A DNA stretch of 64,000 bases. It comes from the human T2T-CHM13v2.0 reference genome, Homo sapiens. The position numbers and the translations under genes were made by a program. The stretch lies in NCBI RefSeq assembly GCF_009914755.1, contig NC_060939.1; one strand, 5' to 3'. The first letter of the stretch is position 1. The number at the start of each line of letters is the position of its first letter. The notes below the pieces were generated by a model, which saw only the letters and a list, made by a program, of their open reading frames with translations, did not search any database and was not told the origin of the DNA. This document shows positions 1-15,827 of this stretch, piece by piece.

Positions 1-344
1 CCGTGCCTGGCCGGTCACTTTAGTTTAGATTTCAGTCCCTCTGACTACCTGAAAAAACCCTTGTTCTTAACCATGAAGGATACTGCCTTACCCACATGGA
101 ACAGAATATGATAATATTATTACATAAATTAATACGATAATATCCACTCTTCATTATTTCCATCTTTCTAAATTTTTATGTTTTACAGAAAACTTTTTAA
201 AGTCAAATTTGAGTGGTTCTCATTCAAACTAGATATGGCCATACCAATAATGTATTCACTCATTCATTTGATTGAGTACAGTTTGAATAATAATAATATA
301 ATTTTCCTTAATAATAATGCCAGTAATTATACAACTTAACTAAT

Positions 345-550
345 TACATTGATTGGGCAATTGATGTGTGCCATGTACTTTGCAAAATGCTTTACATGCA
401 TTATCATATTTAATTTTGACAACAACCCCATGAGATAGGGACTATTGTTTTCCCCAGTTTTGTAAGTAAAGCTGTGAAGCTCAGGGTACTTCAATGACTA
501 GCCATAGAGAGTGGGCAGAGTCGAGATTCTGACCCAAGTCCAGCCTGCTC
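345..550 (-). mobile_element. MIR
   Basis: tgctttacatgcattatcatatttaat...aacaaccccatgagatagg...ccccagtttt. Confidence 0.75.
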
Positions 551-890
551 ACTGACACAGGACATAGTGATCTCAACACAGCTTATTTGCCCTTCTCTAC
601 AGAGTTTCAGAGCTGGTTTCAAGGGCTTTGCAGTGGAGCAGTCCAATCTTAACCATGTAGCTGTGTCTCACTTAAAAAACAACTGTGAGAACTCTTAACT
701 TTTCAGAAAGATTCATAGCAGGGTGCTTCAAAATTGAGGGCTTTCAAAGTAAATTTAAATGATGACTTGATTTGTAAAATATTCATTTACATGCAATCTG
801 TAAGGCCTATCTCTGGCACAATCCTTTGGCATGGTCTAGGGGATTGTTTTAAACCAAGGCACTAGAGGGATGTCGTTAGGCTTGTATTAA

Positions 891-1250
<360 letters not shown>

Positions 1251-1735
1251 CTTTCCTTCCTTTTTTCCTCCCTCCCTCCCTTCCTTGTTCCCTTCCTTCT
1301 TTTCTTCTTTCCTTTCTTTTCTCCTCCGTCCCTTCCTCGCTTCCTTCCTTCTTCCTCCGTCCCTTTCCCCTCCCTCACTCCCTCCCTATGGCATATTCAT
1401 CCGTCTGTGTCATTCTCTCTGCTTCTTTGGTGTTTGTCTTTCTCTCTGTCTCTAAACCCTGCAAGAAAAAAGAAGTATTTCCATTAACTTCCCGTTCATT
1501 TACAAGGCCATTTATGCACATGCTTGGCTTAAAAATCTGTTTTATTTGGCTCCAACTTTCAAATTGTGTCCTTTGAAAGCTACTCATTCTCATTTGAATC
1601 CTCTTTGGAGCCACATCTCTTAATGGCTACACAGCAGAACTTTTTAAATTCTTGCCTTTAATGCCTGCCTTATTCTCAGACAGGGTGATATCCTACTCAC
1701 TACTCTTTGTTGTTCTAATCCACATTACTTATAAA

Positions 1736-1759
1736 GTGTGTGTGTGTGTGTGTGTGTGT
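1736..1759. repeat. (TG)n microsatellite
   Basis: Directly visible. Confidence 0.9.
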
Positions 1760-2349
1760 ACCAGTCACTGTGCTTGTTTCTAATTACTGGGGAAACAAAA
1801 TTGAATTAAACACATATACTCAGGGGCCTTTTAAAATCCTTTTTAGGCCTGAGGTACTTTAAGAATTGGAGGGCCCATCATATAGCATATTAAACATAAT
1901 AAAATGCAATCACAACCCACATTAAATATCCTTTTTGTCACTGAATTTGAAAAAGTTTCATGTTTGCTTTTACAACTATTTGGCTATGGATGATATTTAA
2001 TTTATGAGTGACTCTTTTGCCATCATTGTCTGTAATTGGGAATTCTTGTGAAGTGTGGAAATCTTACCTACAAATTGCTTTCAAAGTCAATGACATTCTT
2101 ATGAATACTAAATTTAACAATTAATGAAGTTGACATAATATTCTATTTTTTGGACAATTAAATGTTTATTTCAATTTAATAGTTTCTTTTCATGTTTTGG
2201 AGCTGATACACTTTTTTTTTCAGGTCTCAAATATTTTTCTGAATCTTACAAAGTGTGTTGGCTCCAGGAAGACTGGAAACTTAGGGGTAAAGGACCCTGT
2301 GTGTCTTCCCTGCCTTGAGGCTTGTTCTGGCTCAAGACAGATAGAAAAA

Positions 2350-2830
2350 TCTAGAAGTACAAGGCAGGATAGACTGAAATGACCCATGCTATGGTAGAAA
2401 TTAGGGCCAGACAGCATAGGAGAACAGGCACAGGAGAACTTAATTCAGTCTCTAAAGGAGGAAAGAAGGAAATCCCAGAATGGGTGAAACACGACGTAAC
2501 CAGAAGTCCAAGGGAGCTGGTCAAGAAGAGAGGGCGTGAGAGGGCTTTCCTGCAGAAGGAGGGGCCTGTGCAAAGATCAGGAGCAGAACAGAGCATATTG
2601 AACCAAATTGTACTGTGGGGGTGCAGGTGGGGGTCTGTGGCATGGGGTGAACATCTCCCCATTGGGAAGGCAGATCATGAAGGGCCGTGTGCCTCAATAA
2701 GAAGTCTTGATTTTATCTTGAGGCCAATGGGGAGCCGCTGAATATTTGGAAGAAATAGGAATGGAGAGGACGGAAAATATCCAAAAGGTATTTAGGAGGT
2801 GGGAATGATGGGACTTAGTAACGCTCTGGG
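2350..2830 (-). mobile_element. L2 fragment
   Basis: gattttatcttgaggccaatggggagccgctgaatattt and surrounding purine-rich L2-like sequence. Confidence 0.55.
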
Positions 2831-4046
2831 TGCCAGGTACCTCTGTGATGTAGATGTCTTGTGGGACTCCCCCACCGCCCTGCCACATTTCCAGAAGAGT
2901 TGACTAGAAGGGTGGCAATGCAGGGTACCTTCCCCACATCAGTCCCAGGGGATGGGGGGCAGGGGAGTGGGGGACATGCCCCTGTGCAGGGTTGACACAT
3001 CTTTAAGCCATTGTCTCAGGCCACTGCTGGTATGCCACACAGACCCGCAGGAAGGTTTTAGGATGGCAGAAGTAAACTTTGAAACGAAGGGGCCAGAAAT
3101 AAGTCTTTGAGACTGTTTGCAAGCAGCAAAAGACTTTGTATGCAGATCTCAATTTCCCATTTTCAGGCCTAAATGTGTCACTAATATTCTCCGTCAGGCT
3201 CTCTGACCAGACCTGCTCCCCACACACTCTGTTGATTCCACACATCCTAGGAGTTCTTGGCCTGCCAGGGGCTCTTTCTTGTTGCCCAGTCATCTGTAAA
3301 TATACCTAATTCTAAAGGTGAATACATTTAAACGGCTTAAACGTAAAAGGCCGGTTGCCCAGCAACTGGAAATCTGAAATACCCTTGTCAGGCTATGTAA
3401 GTGGAGAACTGGCAGGCCACCGCTGTAGTCATTTTGAGTGAACAGTGGCAACAGTAACAATAATAATAATAATTATTATTATTCTCTTTCTTTTTATTTT
3501 TCTCTGATTTCTTTCCTTCCTCCCTCCTTCCATTTCCTACCAGAAACCAGCAGCTCAGCCTTAATTTTAAAATATAATAGCTCTATTTAAATTAACATAA
3601 GCCCATAACAGTTCTTAATTCTGTTTGTGGAGTAACAAAGCAGCAAGGCCACTTCCCTTTTGCTGACTTCCCCCATTCCTTGAACACCTCCAGAACTGCA
3701 CAAACGACCTGAACTATGCTAAGCTTCGTGAGAGTAAAACAATCCACCTCTCAAAGCAAGTAACCTAGCTATAGAAATTTCCTGACACGGTTTCCATTTT
3801 GAACAGCTCTGCTCTGGTGTCAGCTGGTGACATCTGTTTTTCAGCTTCAGACTCTTACATTTTCACCTTCTATGTTATTGGTCCTTATGGCTCAGGACTG
3901 TCATTTCTTCATTGTGCTGTTCTCATGTGGTGGTTTTTCTGCTGTCTAGATGTCAGCTGTCTTAAATAGCCGGAGCTGGAAAGGGTTTGGGGGAAGCCCA
4001 AGATTCCTGAGAGATGCTGCACTGAAGAGAGTAAGCATTCAGTATG

Positions 4047-4077
<31 letters not shown>

Positions 4078-4104
4078 TAATTGCTTATCTTAAGTATTTC
4101 ACTG

Positions 4105-4441
<337 letters not shown>

Positions 4442-5819
4442 TCACTCCTCTTACCTTTTCCCTGCCGTTCTTCGCTGACGTGTAAGGGCATCCTGCAACA
4501 AAATTGACCCACTTCAGCCCGCTGCAGTGCTGCAAGAGCAGATACTTTGCTTCTAGAGGAAACTCTGTCCCGGAGCCCAGAGCCTGCTTCCTCAAGGATT
4601 TTGGATCTTTCTCCTGTTCTAATACTTTTTTTCAGGCAAATAATGTGGGAAAGAGCAGAGCAAGAAACATATCTGACCTGAGAGCAAAATTATTCACTAG
4701 AATGTATTTCAAAGTTTTCTGAATTAAATCAATAGCTTTCTCTTTCTTCAAGATTGTTATCTCTTAGTGCTTTATAATATGTCTAAACCTAGTGAAATGT
4801 AATAAAGTATAACAGGGTGGGATGTGTTGAATGAGTCTTCGTGGAGCATGTCACGGTCCCCTTCCCATCTCATTTTGGTGATGTGTCTAGATTGCTGTAC
4901 CGCGTGGGCTCCATTGAGGTAGTGCTTAGGGCAGGAGCTCTGGAAGGAGATTGCTTGAGACTTGGCCATGAACAGCCAAACAGAAGTGATCTGGCCTTGA
5001 GGTGTCAGGAGCTTTCATGAGAACTCCTGAAGCTTGAGGGAATCAGTTAATGCTTTCCTCCTGGCAGTGCTAATTTTACCAGGGAGATCTAGGGGCAAAG
5101 GAGCTAGTAGCGTGGGATACAAGTGAGCCAGCCGGCAGGTCTGCACCACAGTTGCAAACATCCCTAAGTGAAATCAGCTGATAGATTGATGGGGGCGGGT
5201 GCACAGCATCTGTCTGCAATTTTCCTGATGCGATTACACACTTCTCCCAAGTGACTGCCGTTTCTGTGTGTAGTAAATTTCTCAAACCCAACCCAAATAC
5301 TTTATTATTATACTGTATATATTACGTATCATTATAGCACAGATGTATTATTTTTTATTCCCAGCATATTATAATATAACAATTTCCAGAGAAATCTGTA
5401 GTTTGATGCAGATGAGGGAATGCAGATGGATTGGCTCATCTTTATTCAGAGTCTAAAATTGTTATCTCAGCCTCGATTACACCACTTCCTCTTGGTTATC
5501 TGAAAATTGCCCAGGAATAGATTTGCTGATTTTCTTTTCATTTATTCCCATTATGTGAGCTCACTTTCTTATAGTTTAGAGACAGAGGGTACAAAATAAG
5601 AAGGCGAGATTACCCTTTGCAAAGAAATACGAGTTGGTAATATTTTGAAATTGGATAGTTTTGTGAGAAAGAAGGCAGCAAAACAGAATGTTTTGAGGGG
5701 AAAAAACCTTATTCTGTTATTCATTTTCTCAGTGTCTCAGCTCTGTTCCATTGGGGTATAGTAAACTTTTACTATTCAGCGTGGTGAGGGGCTTTAGTTA
5801 GCAAGCTGGCAGAGGGTCT

Positions 5820-6145
5820 AGGGCTGCATCTTTCAATCCGGCAGCCACGAGCCTCCTGAGGCTATTGAGTAATTAAAAGTGATTAGTCCAAATTGCTCTG
5901 TGCTGCAAGTATAAAGTATACTCCCAAAAGTCTGATAACTTAGCACCAAAAAGTCTCACTCAATATCTATGTCTCATTCATCATTTTTTCATATGATAAC
6001 ATATTGAAATAGTCATTTTTACTATCTATTGGGTTAAAATATATTATTAAAATTAATTTCACCTTACATTGCTTTTTAAAAATGTGGCTACTAGAAAAAA
6101 TAAAATTACTCGTGCGCCTTGTATTATATCTCTGTTGAACAGGGA
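5820..6145 (-). mobile_element. MER33 (hAT-Charlie)
   Basis: ttgggttaaaatatattattaaaattaatttcacct...aatgtggctactagaaaa. Confidence 0.75.
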
Positions 6146-6149
6146 GAGC

Positions 6150-6307
6150 TTTGCTCCTTAAAAGTCTGATTCCTTAATTTTGGCACCATCTGGGGACTTG
6201 GTAGAAATGCAGAGTCTCAGGCATCACCTCAGACTCATTGGAGCAGAATCTGCATTTCAGCAAGATCTCCAGAGGATTCACACACACTTTGAAGTTTGAG
6301 AAACACT
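6150..6307. mobile_element. MER5A (hAT-Charlie)
   Basis: tagaaatgcagagtctcagg...cagaatctgcatttcagcaagatctccag...aagtttgagaaacact. Confidence 0.8.
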
Positions 6308-6715
6308 TTTCTAGTAGAGGAAAATTTCTGAAAGGCTTAAATTATTTTACTTCCCATAAATACCTATTGGTTTCCCATGGGGAAAGTGGGAGTTCTTTGA
6401 GGACAGAAACTTTGTCTGACACTCCTTGACATCCTCAGGGTTTGGTATAGTCTTTGACACACAGAAGATGATATCCAATAAATGTTGAATACATGAATGG
6501 GCACATAGTCCTGTCTGCCACTTCATGGATGAAGACTCTCAATGGTCACATAAAGTGAAGGGTTCTGATGGGCGACCACTATCCAGTCCAAATAATTTAA
6601 AGTGATGTGTGCATCCTTTGGGTATTTGAAGCACAGAACTGTTTTATTTTCATATGTTAGGATCCTAACTGGTTTTCCTATCTGACTTTTAAAAATTACC
6701 TTGTTTGTTTTATTC

Positions 6716-7090
6716 TCCTCCTCCTCCCCCTCCCCTCCTCCTCTCCTCTCCCCCTCCCCCATCCCCCCTCCTCCCCTCTCCCTCTCATCCTCCTCCTCTC
6801 TCCCCATCCCCCCTCCTCCCCTCTCCCTCTCATCCTCCTCCTCTCTCCCCCTCCCCCTCCTCCCTCTCCTCCCCTCCCCCTCCTCCCCCTCCTCCCCCTC
6901 CTCCTCCTCCCCTCTCCCCCTCCTCCCCTCTCCCCCTCCTCCCCTCTCCCCCTCCTCCCCTCTCCCCCTCCTCCCCCTCCCTCTTCCTCCCTCTTCCTCC
7001 TCCACCCTCCCCTCCCTCCTCCCCCTTCCTCCTCCCTCCCTCCTCCCCCTCCTCCTCCCTCCTCCCTCCTCCTCCTCCTCCTCCTCCTTC
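6716..7090. repeat. ~375-bp CCT/CCCT polypyrimidine tract with an internal 45-bp tandem duplication
   Basis: Almost exclusively C/T; unit ccccatcccccctcctcccctctccctctcatcctcctcctctct occurs twice (marker A at 6761 and 6806). Confidence 0.95.
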
Positions 7091-7093
7091 TTT

Positions 7094-7260
7094 GTAAAGT
7101 GAAAGCAAGTTTATTAAGAGAGTAAAGGAATAAAGAATGGCTACTCTGTAGGCAGAGCAGCCCCAGGCCAGCTGGTTGCCCATTTTCAAGATTATTTTTT
7201 GATTTTATGCTAGACGAGGGGTGGATTATTTGTGAGTTTTCTGGGAGAGGGGTTGGCTTT
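7094..7260 (-). mobile_element. LTR8-family (ERV1) fragment ending at its poly(A) site
   Basis: aagtgaaagcaagtttattaagagagtaaaggaataaagaatggctactc...gcagagcagcc...ctggttgcccatttt...aggggtggattatt. Confidence 0.75.
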
Positions 7261-7399
7261 GACTGTGGTATGGAAAATTATATGGAATGGAGCAAAATTA
7301 CAAATGAGATCGTGGTATTTGGCACGTGGTACCCTTTTCCTCACATACTCTTTGCCATCCCCACTTAAATTCATTTCATTTCTTTAACTGGCCAAGTTT

Positions 7400-7710
7400 C
7401 CTCAATCCAGAGAAGTCTCTGCTTATCTGTCACCTCCTCAAAGAGCCTTCTTTTCTAAAATGATGATTCCACTCCTCCTCTTTCAATCCCCATTACCTCC
7501 CTCTGCTTTAAGTAAATACCCACTAATGCCCAGGACCTCAAGCCTGGGACCTTCATAGTACTTACATGATGTTATTGTCTCCCTTCTCCACTTCCCAGCC
7601 CTTATTTGGCTGGGACTTTAACTCTTTCACCACAGTCCCTATTATAGTGCCTGTTGCATCACAAGACCTCAATAAATAAATATTCTTTGAATGAATGAAT
7701 GAATGAATAA
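7400..7710 (+). mobile_element. L2 3' end
   Basis: atagtgcctgttgcatcac...ctcaataaataaatattctttgaatgaatgaatgaatgaa. Confidence 0.65.
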
Positions 7711-10189
7711 AAAATGAGTGATTATGTTGTTTATGTTGTGACATAACTGGGCATGGAGGAGTTAATGACAGGAGCTAATTACAGTTAATTGCACCTATCT
7801 ACTCAGCAAATATTTTCTGAATAATTCCCGTGTAGACAACAGAGAAATAAGGTATGGAAAGCAGAAAGGGGGATGGAAGAGACCAAATATGAAAATGGAT
7901 TCTAGGGTCACATGGTGAGTTGTACACAGTTGCATAGATGATGTTACATCTATGTAACAGGCGAAAGGGAGTTACTCTTTCGCCTGGGGCATCAAGAAAA
8001 GCTTCAGGTGGAAGGACAATGAGAATTTGCTAGGTAGAAGAAGTGAGGATGAACAGGAAAGGACACAGTGTGTTTTGGGAATAGTAAAAATCAGAGGATG
8101 GGTATTTGGTTCAGGAGTGACAGGAAAGGAGACCAATTGGCTGGGCCAGCTGGAGTGGGGTACACTTTCAATGAGGAGACTAAGGACTGTGGGTTCTACT
8201 ACAGTGTGTTACCTGGAAGATGATACCATCAGACTTAGGTTTTCGTTTTCACACCTTATATGCTGCTGTGTGGCTGGACCAGATGTTAAGGAAGAGGTTG
8301 TAGTAACGCAGTGAAGAAGAAAGGGGGATATATGTTTGAGAGAGAAGGAAAGAGAGAGGGTGGGGCTTGAAGGTCCTGAACATTAGTAGGAAAATATGTG
8401 TATTACTTACAATTTGTGAAGAAGCTGAAAAGATTTAAGAAAAAGATTTGTAGGCTGCCAATAGAATGATCATTATCCTTCAATCAGTTTCCAAAACTTA
8501 TCAGCTACAAAGGGCCTGTGGTCAGCCTTGGCTTCCATGCCTTCCTCCCTGCTGTCCCCAAGAATCCCCAGTGCGGTGAGTAGGACCATCAGAATCTCTG
8601 TTCCCCGCTCTGCCAATGTATGAATCCCCACTCCTTTTTGGTGAAAACTAAGCAAATCCATCACTGAAAGATGTCAGAGCTTCTTGGGCTCCTTGTCATC
8701 TGGAGGTAATGGAGGTCACATGTCAGGTTTTGGGGAAAAGGCAGAGTGCAAAGTTCTGGGAGGGACAGGGTCTGGGGCTACTTCCTGTCACTGGAAGGCG
8801 GGTAGGGCTGAAGAAGAACAATTTCTGGTGAAGGCAAATGGTTTGGAAATGATAATCTGGTCAGTTTATTATTCCAGTGGTATATGGGTCAGAAAGATCA
8901 CAGCTTAAGAGTTTGTAAAAGATGGCTTGGGTGCAGACAAACCCTGCTCATCTGGGAAGGAATTGTGTCCCAGCAAGAGAAAGCCAGCTCACACTTCGTT
9001 GTTCTGAAGCTGATTATTAGCCGTGATTACCTGCACTTTCTATTTTCTTCTGCTACCACCCAACTTTGGACCACTTTTCTGCTTATTAGCACTAGCATCT
9101 GAATATTGGAAAAGAGGAAAAGAGAGATGAAGGAGCTCCATGTAATTTTGCTTCCTGTTAGCAGCTCTATTAAAAGAATACTGAAGGAACCAATAGAATT
9201 AAAGCAGATTGAAACCATTGGGTAAAAAGTTTGATTTTCATCTACCCTGTTTCACATTGCCATTGATAATCATTAAATTTAGTGCAGCAAAGACTTAGGA
9301 GAGCCTTGCTTTATGGGTAGAGAACAGATTTCAAAAGATTTTAATTTTCCCAAATCCATTCAATCAGTGAGAGGCAGAACGAGATCTCAAACCAAAGTCT
9401 TCCAATTCATACTTTACATGGTACTTCTTCCCTCACTATATCATATTTTGTCTCAATAAGATTCATTTTGGCCTTCCTCTTAAATCTATACAGGCAAAAT
9501 AATACATAATGAAATGAAAAGAATATTGGATTTTGATTCAGAACACCTAAGTTTTTCGCTTGCTTTCCCTCTTTTCTTGCCTTATAAGCAAGATAGTGAT
9601 AATTCCTGCCTTGCCTACTTCACAGATTTACTCTCAATACCAAAGGAATAATACAGGTGAAAACGCCTTCTCTGCTGCAAGGTGCTATAAAAATGCCATG
9701 AATGTGTTTACATACAATCCCACACATTTGAACAGAGCTAGTCAGAATTATTTGTTACTATGTCATATATCTACCAGTTGTAATAACATGGCATGAGTTT
9801 AAAGGATTCTTTTTATTTTGCAGTATTGAGAAAATTTTGAGAAATTAGAAATGTATCGGTAATAACTGATATAGCTTTTGAAGAGAAGAAAATACTTTAT
9901 TATTTGCAGGGGTTAGGATTATTTTCCTGGAAACTTTAAGAGAATCAACAGAAAACATTAAAAAAATAAGGAGTATAAGAAAGTTCAATAATCTGGAAAT
10001 TTCGATAAAAGTTTTTTTCCTTGTCTTGGAAAACATGTAGAAAGAACACATACAACAGAAAACAAAAACACACATTTCTATTTCTGAAAATGAGAAGACA
10101 AGTTTCCAGGTACCTAAAGACTGTTAAAAGCTGTCAAGTTCTTGCACAATCTTGGTGGAAGAAACATGGAGAGATGTGGAAAATGGAGA

Positions 10190-12050
<1,861 letters not shown>

Positions 12051-14552
12051 GAAACATCTTTTAATATTGATATGGAAATATCTTCAAGATACATTGGTAA
12101 ATGAAAAATGCACAATGCATAAAATGTGCATAGTATGTACCTTTTTTGGAAAACGTAGCATGTGTCTTATATACAAATTTTTCTCATTTTATTTTTTTTC
12201 TCAGAATCTTTCCACTTCCTTTTCCACTCCTGTTTCCTGTCTCCTTCCTTCCTCTCCTGTTTTCCTTCTATCAGGTTGTGTACACTCTCTTCTAGGATTG
12301 CTGGACTTCATGTTAGCTGCATGATTCCACCTTGAAATCAAACCTGCTCTCCTGGCCATTTCTTCTACCCCTTAATCCCACTATCTAATTCTTCAGCTCC
12401 AAGAAGCCCCGTCTGATCATACCTTTGTATAATGTTGTTGTTGGTTTTTTTTTTTTTTTTTTTTTTTTTTGTGGTGCTTCCATAGCATACAAGATTGTTC
12501 CCAAACCCTTAGTATGCCCCAGAAAGGGCTGCAGAAGCAGGCAGGAACTTAGTTTTTGTACCTTCATTTCTTCTCTTGCCTTCCAAACGGCCTGTGCTTT
12601 AGTCACATTAAACCATTTCATTTTTCCTTGGGTATTATGTACTTTATGACCTCAGACGTTTGCAAATACGTCTACTTAGGCCATTTCTACTACCTTTCTT
12701 TTTTCTTTTCTTTACTTGGCAAACAATTAAACTGGACAGACCAGATCAAATGTTACCTTTTCTGTGAAAATTCATTTTTTTTACTCTTCTTCTCCTGTGG
12801 TGCCTTAGTATTTGAAAATACTTTGCCTTTGTGAAATTGACATATGATTGTTATTCTCTAAAAAAGTAAACATTCCAGATAGGGATAAAGATGACCTAAA
12901 AATCACGTAGATTACCTCTACTTGCAGCTGTCTGTATGTATAGATACCTTTGTATAAATTTTACAGCCACATACAAATGGGATCTTTCTGTGATGCACTC
13001 TGTCGTCTATTTTTTTTTCACTCACTGTTATATCACAGGTACCTTTTTCTGTTGACAGAAAAAGACTTATGTATTATTTTTAATGGCTGCATAGCATTCT
13101 GTTTTGCATATTATTTCCTGAACTAGTTTCCTATGAATGTGTGTTTAAGTCATTTACAGTTGTTTGCGTTAGTATAAATGATGTCACAATGAATACTCCA
13201 CTGTGTTTGAAAATATCCTGATGAATGTCCCTGATGGCATTGGATTGTAATTATCTGTGTGCCTTTCTTTCCTACCAGACTGTTATTAGTTTCCTGAGAG
13301 CAAAAAACCATTATTTATCTTGTAATCTACAGAACCCTGCAGAGTGCCAGTAGAAGCTTAATATATATTGTTGAAAGAAAGAAGGAATAAATGAATGGAT
13401 GTTTATATAGTTGGGTACACATGTTTATCATCACACATGTCTTCAGTTTTTACTCAACTTTTCATTGGCCTAAAGGCCTGATATCTCTTAGGCATTATTC
13501 AATCCCCTACTTGTTCCTAATCTCTTTTTACAGATGTCATTACCACTATAAATTCAATATATAGCTTTAAGAATAAAAATCTGTCCAAACCATGACTCCC
13601 CCGTAGACTATGGTGGTCACTGAAACATATTTTATTAATTGCAGAAAAAAATAAATGCAAATATCTGGCACTTTTTGCCTGACCCTAAGCAGACACGAGT
13701 TACTAAGACTGAGATTGTCAATTGCAAGAAAAAACCACATGGTATGTGTGGTGCATACTATTTACAGCTGTTGTCCATTATGAGTTCTCTGGAGTACCAT
13801 TTGCTGCTACAATTGAATGGTCTTGTAAGTTTAACTTACCAACATGACTGCAAAATTGTCTTAAATCACAGAGGGGAAGAGAGGAAAGCCAACTAGAACT
13901 GGCTAAAATACTGCTTATGTCTTCATGAGAATCCATCGTTGTCCCCATTTGCTTCTTCAGGATACTAGAACAGCCTGCAAGGTCTTGTGGTGTATTACAA
14001 TACAGCAGATTATCAACTTGACTCTCCAATGGAAAGAGACACATTGTTGATGTCTCTCTGTTAGAGCTTGCATTTGGCTTATTGATTAATGTACTGCGTT
14101 GTACTAGGTATATCAGGCAATGGAAGCCAACTGGCCCAGACAATGGAAGTGTTTTGTTAGTGTCAAAAATTTACAAGAGCTTAAGCCATTTTTTATTTCT
14201 TCTTGCTGGGCTGAAAGCACTTACTATTGTTGTCCAATATGCTGCAAATGAACATAGTTCAAAAATCACAAAGAGAGTGATGTGGAATTATAGAACCGAA
14301 AATAGGATACTGGTTGGGTACAAATTCATCAAGCCTCTTTATTTCGAAACAAGCTTTTTATTGGCGTGCCAACACAGCTTGCTTTGGAAAAAGCGAAACC
14401 AACTGTGAGCAAATGATATAGTAGGAAAGTTGACCTCCCGTTAATTTCAGTTGTGCCTAGCTAGCTAACTGTACATCTCCTTCTTTCCAACATTTTTTTT
14501 TAGAAAGTTTCAGTTAGTGAGTCATTAGTCCTATGGTGCAGAACACCTAATC

Positions 14553-14917
14553 TGCTATGGACTGAATATGTATGTCCTCCCAAAATTATATGTTGAAATC
14601 CTAATTCCCAAAGTGATGGTGTCAGAAGGTGGAACCTTTGGAAGTTGATTAGGTCATGAGGGTAGTGCCCTCATAAATGGGATTAGTACTTTAAGAAAAG
14701 AGGCTTGCGGGAACTCAGTTGTCCCTTCCACATGTGAAGACACAGTAAAAAGAAAGTCATCTAAGAAACAGAAGGCGGGGCCTCACCAGGCACAGAATTT
14801 GCTGGCACCGTAATCATAGATTTCTTGGTCTCCAGAACTGTAAAAAAGAAATTTCAGTTGTTTATAAGCCACACAGTCTATGGTATTCTGCTATGGAAGC
14901 CCAGAAAAAGTAAGACA
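14553..14917 (+). mobile_element. MaLR solo LTR (MLT1A0-like)
   Basis: tgctatggactgaat...gattaggtcatgagggt...ctccagaactgt...gttgtttataagccac...taagaca; TG...CA ends. Confidence 0.88.
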
Positions 14918-15319
14918 AATCCATTGCCCAGTTTTTTCAGAAACTTACATAACTCATCTCATGTTAAAAATGGTGAGGCTGGAATTTGAACCCTGGAAAT
15001 ACGGCTCCTAAAGTTGTTCTCTAATTCACTATGCTGTACTGTCCCTGATTGGGTAAACGTGTCATCTATAATAATTTCAGAATTCGTTTTATAAAGCACA
15101 GCCTTTGGCATATATTTCTTCTGATGAAAATGCATCATCTCCCTTTTTCTTAAGATAGCGGTTCTCAGTTGTTCTTTTCTAAAACACACATGTCAAATAT
15201 CATTCTCCCTACAACTATTTCACTCTTTTCTCCACAATCTAGAAAGCACACACGAATGCATGTCATTCAAGGTAATATTATTATAAGGATGACTTTAAAC
15301 CTGATCTTACATTGAGTTT

Positions 15320-15827
15320 AACAGGGTGTAGCAAAAACATGAGTACAGTGGCCTAACCAAATAGTGGTTTACTGTTCTCAAACATCCAGAAGTAACGAAG
15401 AAGCTGGTGAAAATGTGGTATAGCTGCTTAAGGAATTTGCCAAGAACCCTGGCTCCCTCTACTTTTATAGTCACCATCTTTAGCATGTGACTTTGATTCT
15501 CAAGTTGGCTTTCTCATCTGAAGGTATCACATCTATGTGCAAAACTGGAGGAAGAAGAAGGGCGAAGGACAAGACACAAAAACCAAGTAGGCATTTACCA
15601 GATGAAACTGTCCCCTTTAATTAGTTTTCCAGAAGGACTCACACTCTAGTAACACTTAAATGTCACTGGACACAACTGTGTCACATGGCCACTCCTACCT
15701 ACAAAAGGATCCATGAAGCTAGTATTTTAATATGGACAAATTCCTTCCCCTTCAAAAATCAGGGTCCTGGTAATAAGAAAGAAAGGGAGAAAGGCTACTG
15801 GGCAGGTGACCGGCAGTTTGTGCCATG
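15320..15827 (-). mobile_element. MaLR LTR (MLT1K/L-like)
   Basis: caactgtgtcacatggccactccta...taagaaagaaagggagaa...ggcagtttgtgcca. Confidence 0.6.

Noticed and set aside
4048-4074. Orphan poly(A) run as a possible processed pseudogene tail
   Set aside because: No adjacent AATAAA, TSD or recognisable retrocopy body
6523-7189. Several 119-160 aa ORFs (poly-P/S/L or G/E/R)
   Set aside because: Translations of the CCT microsatellite, which lacks stop codons in most frames
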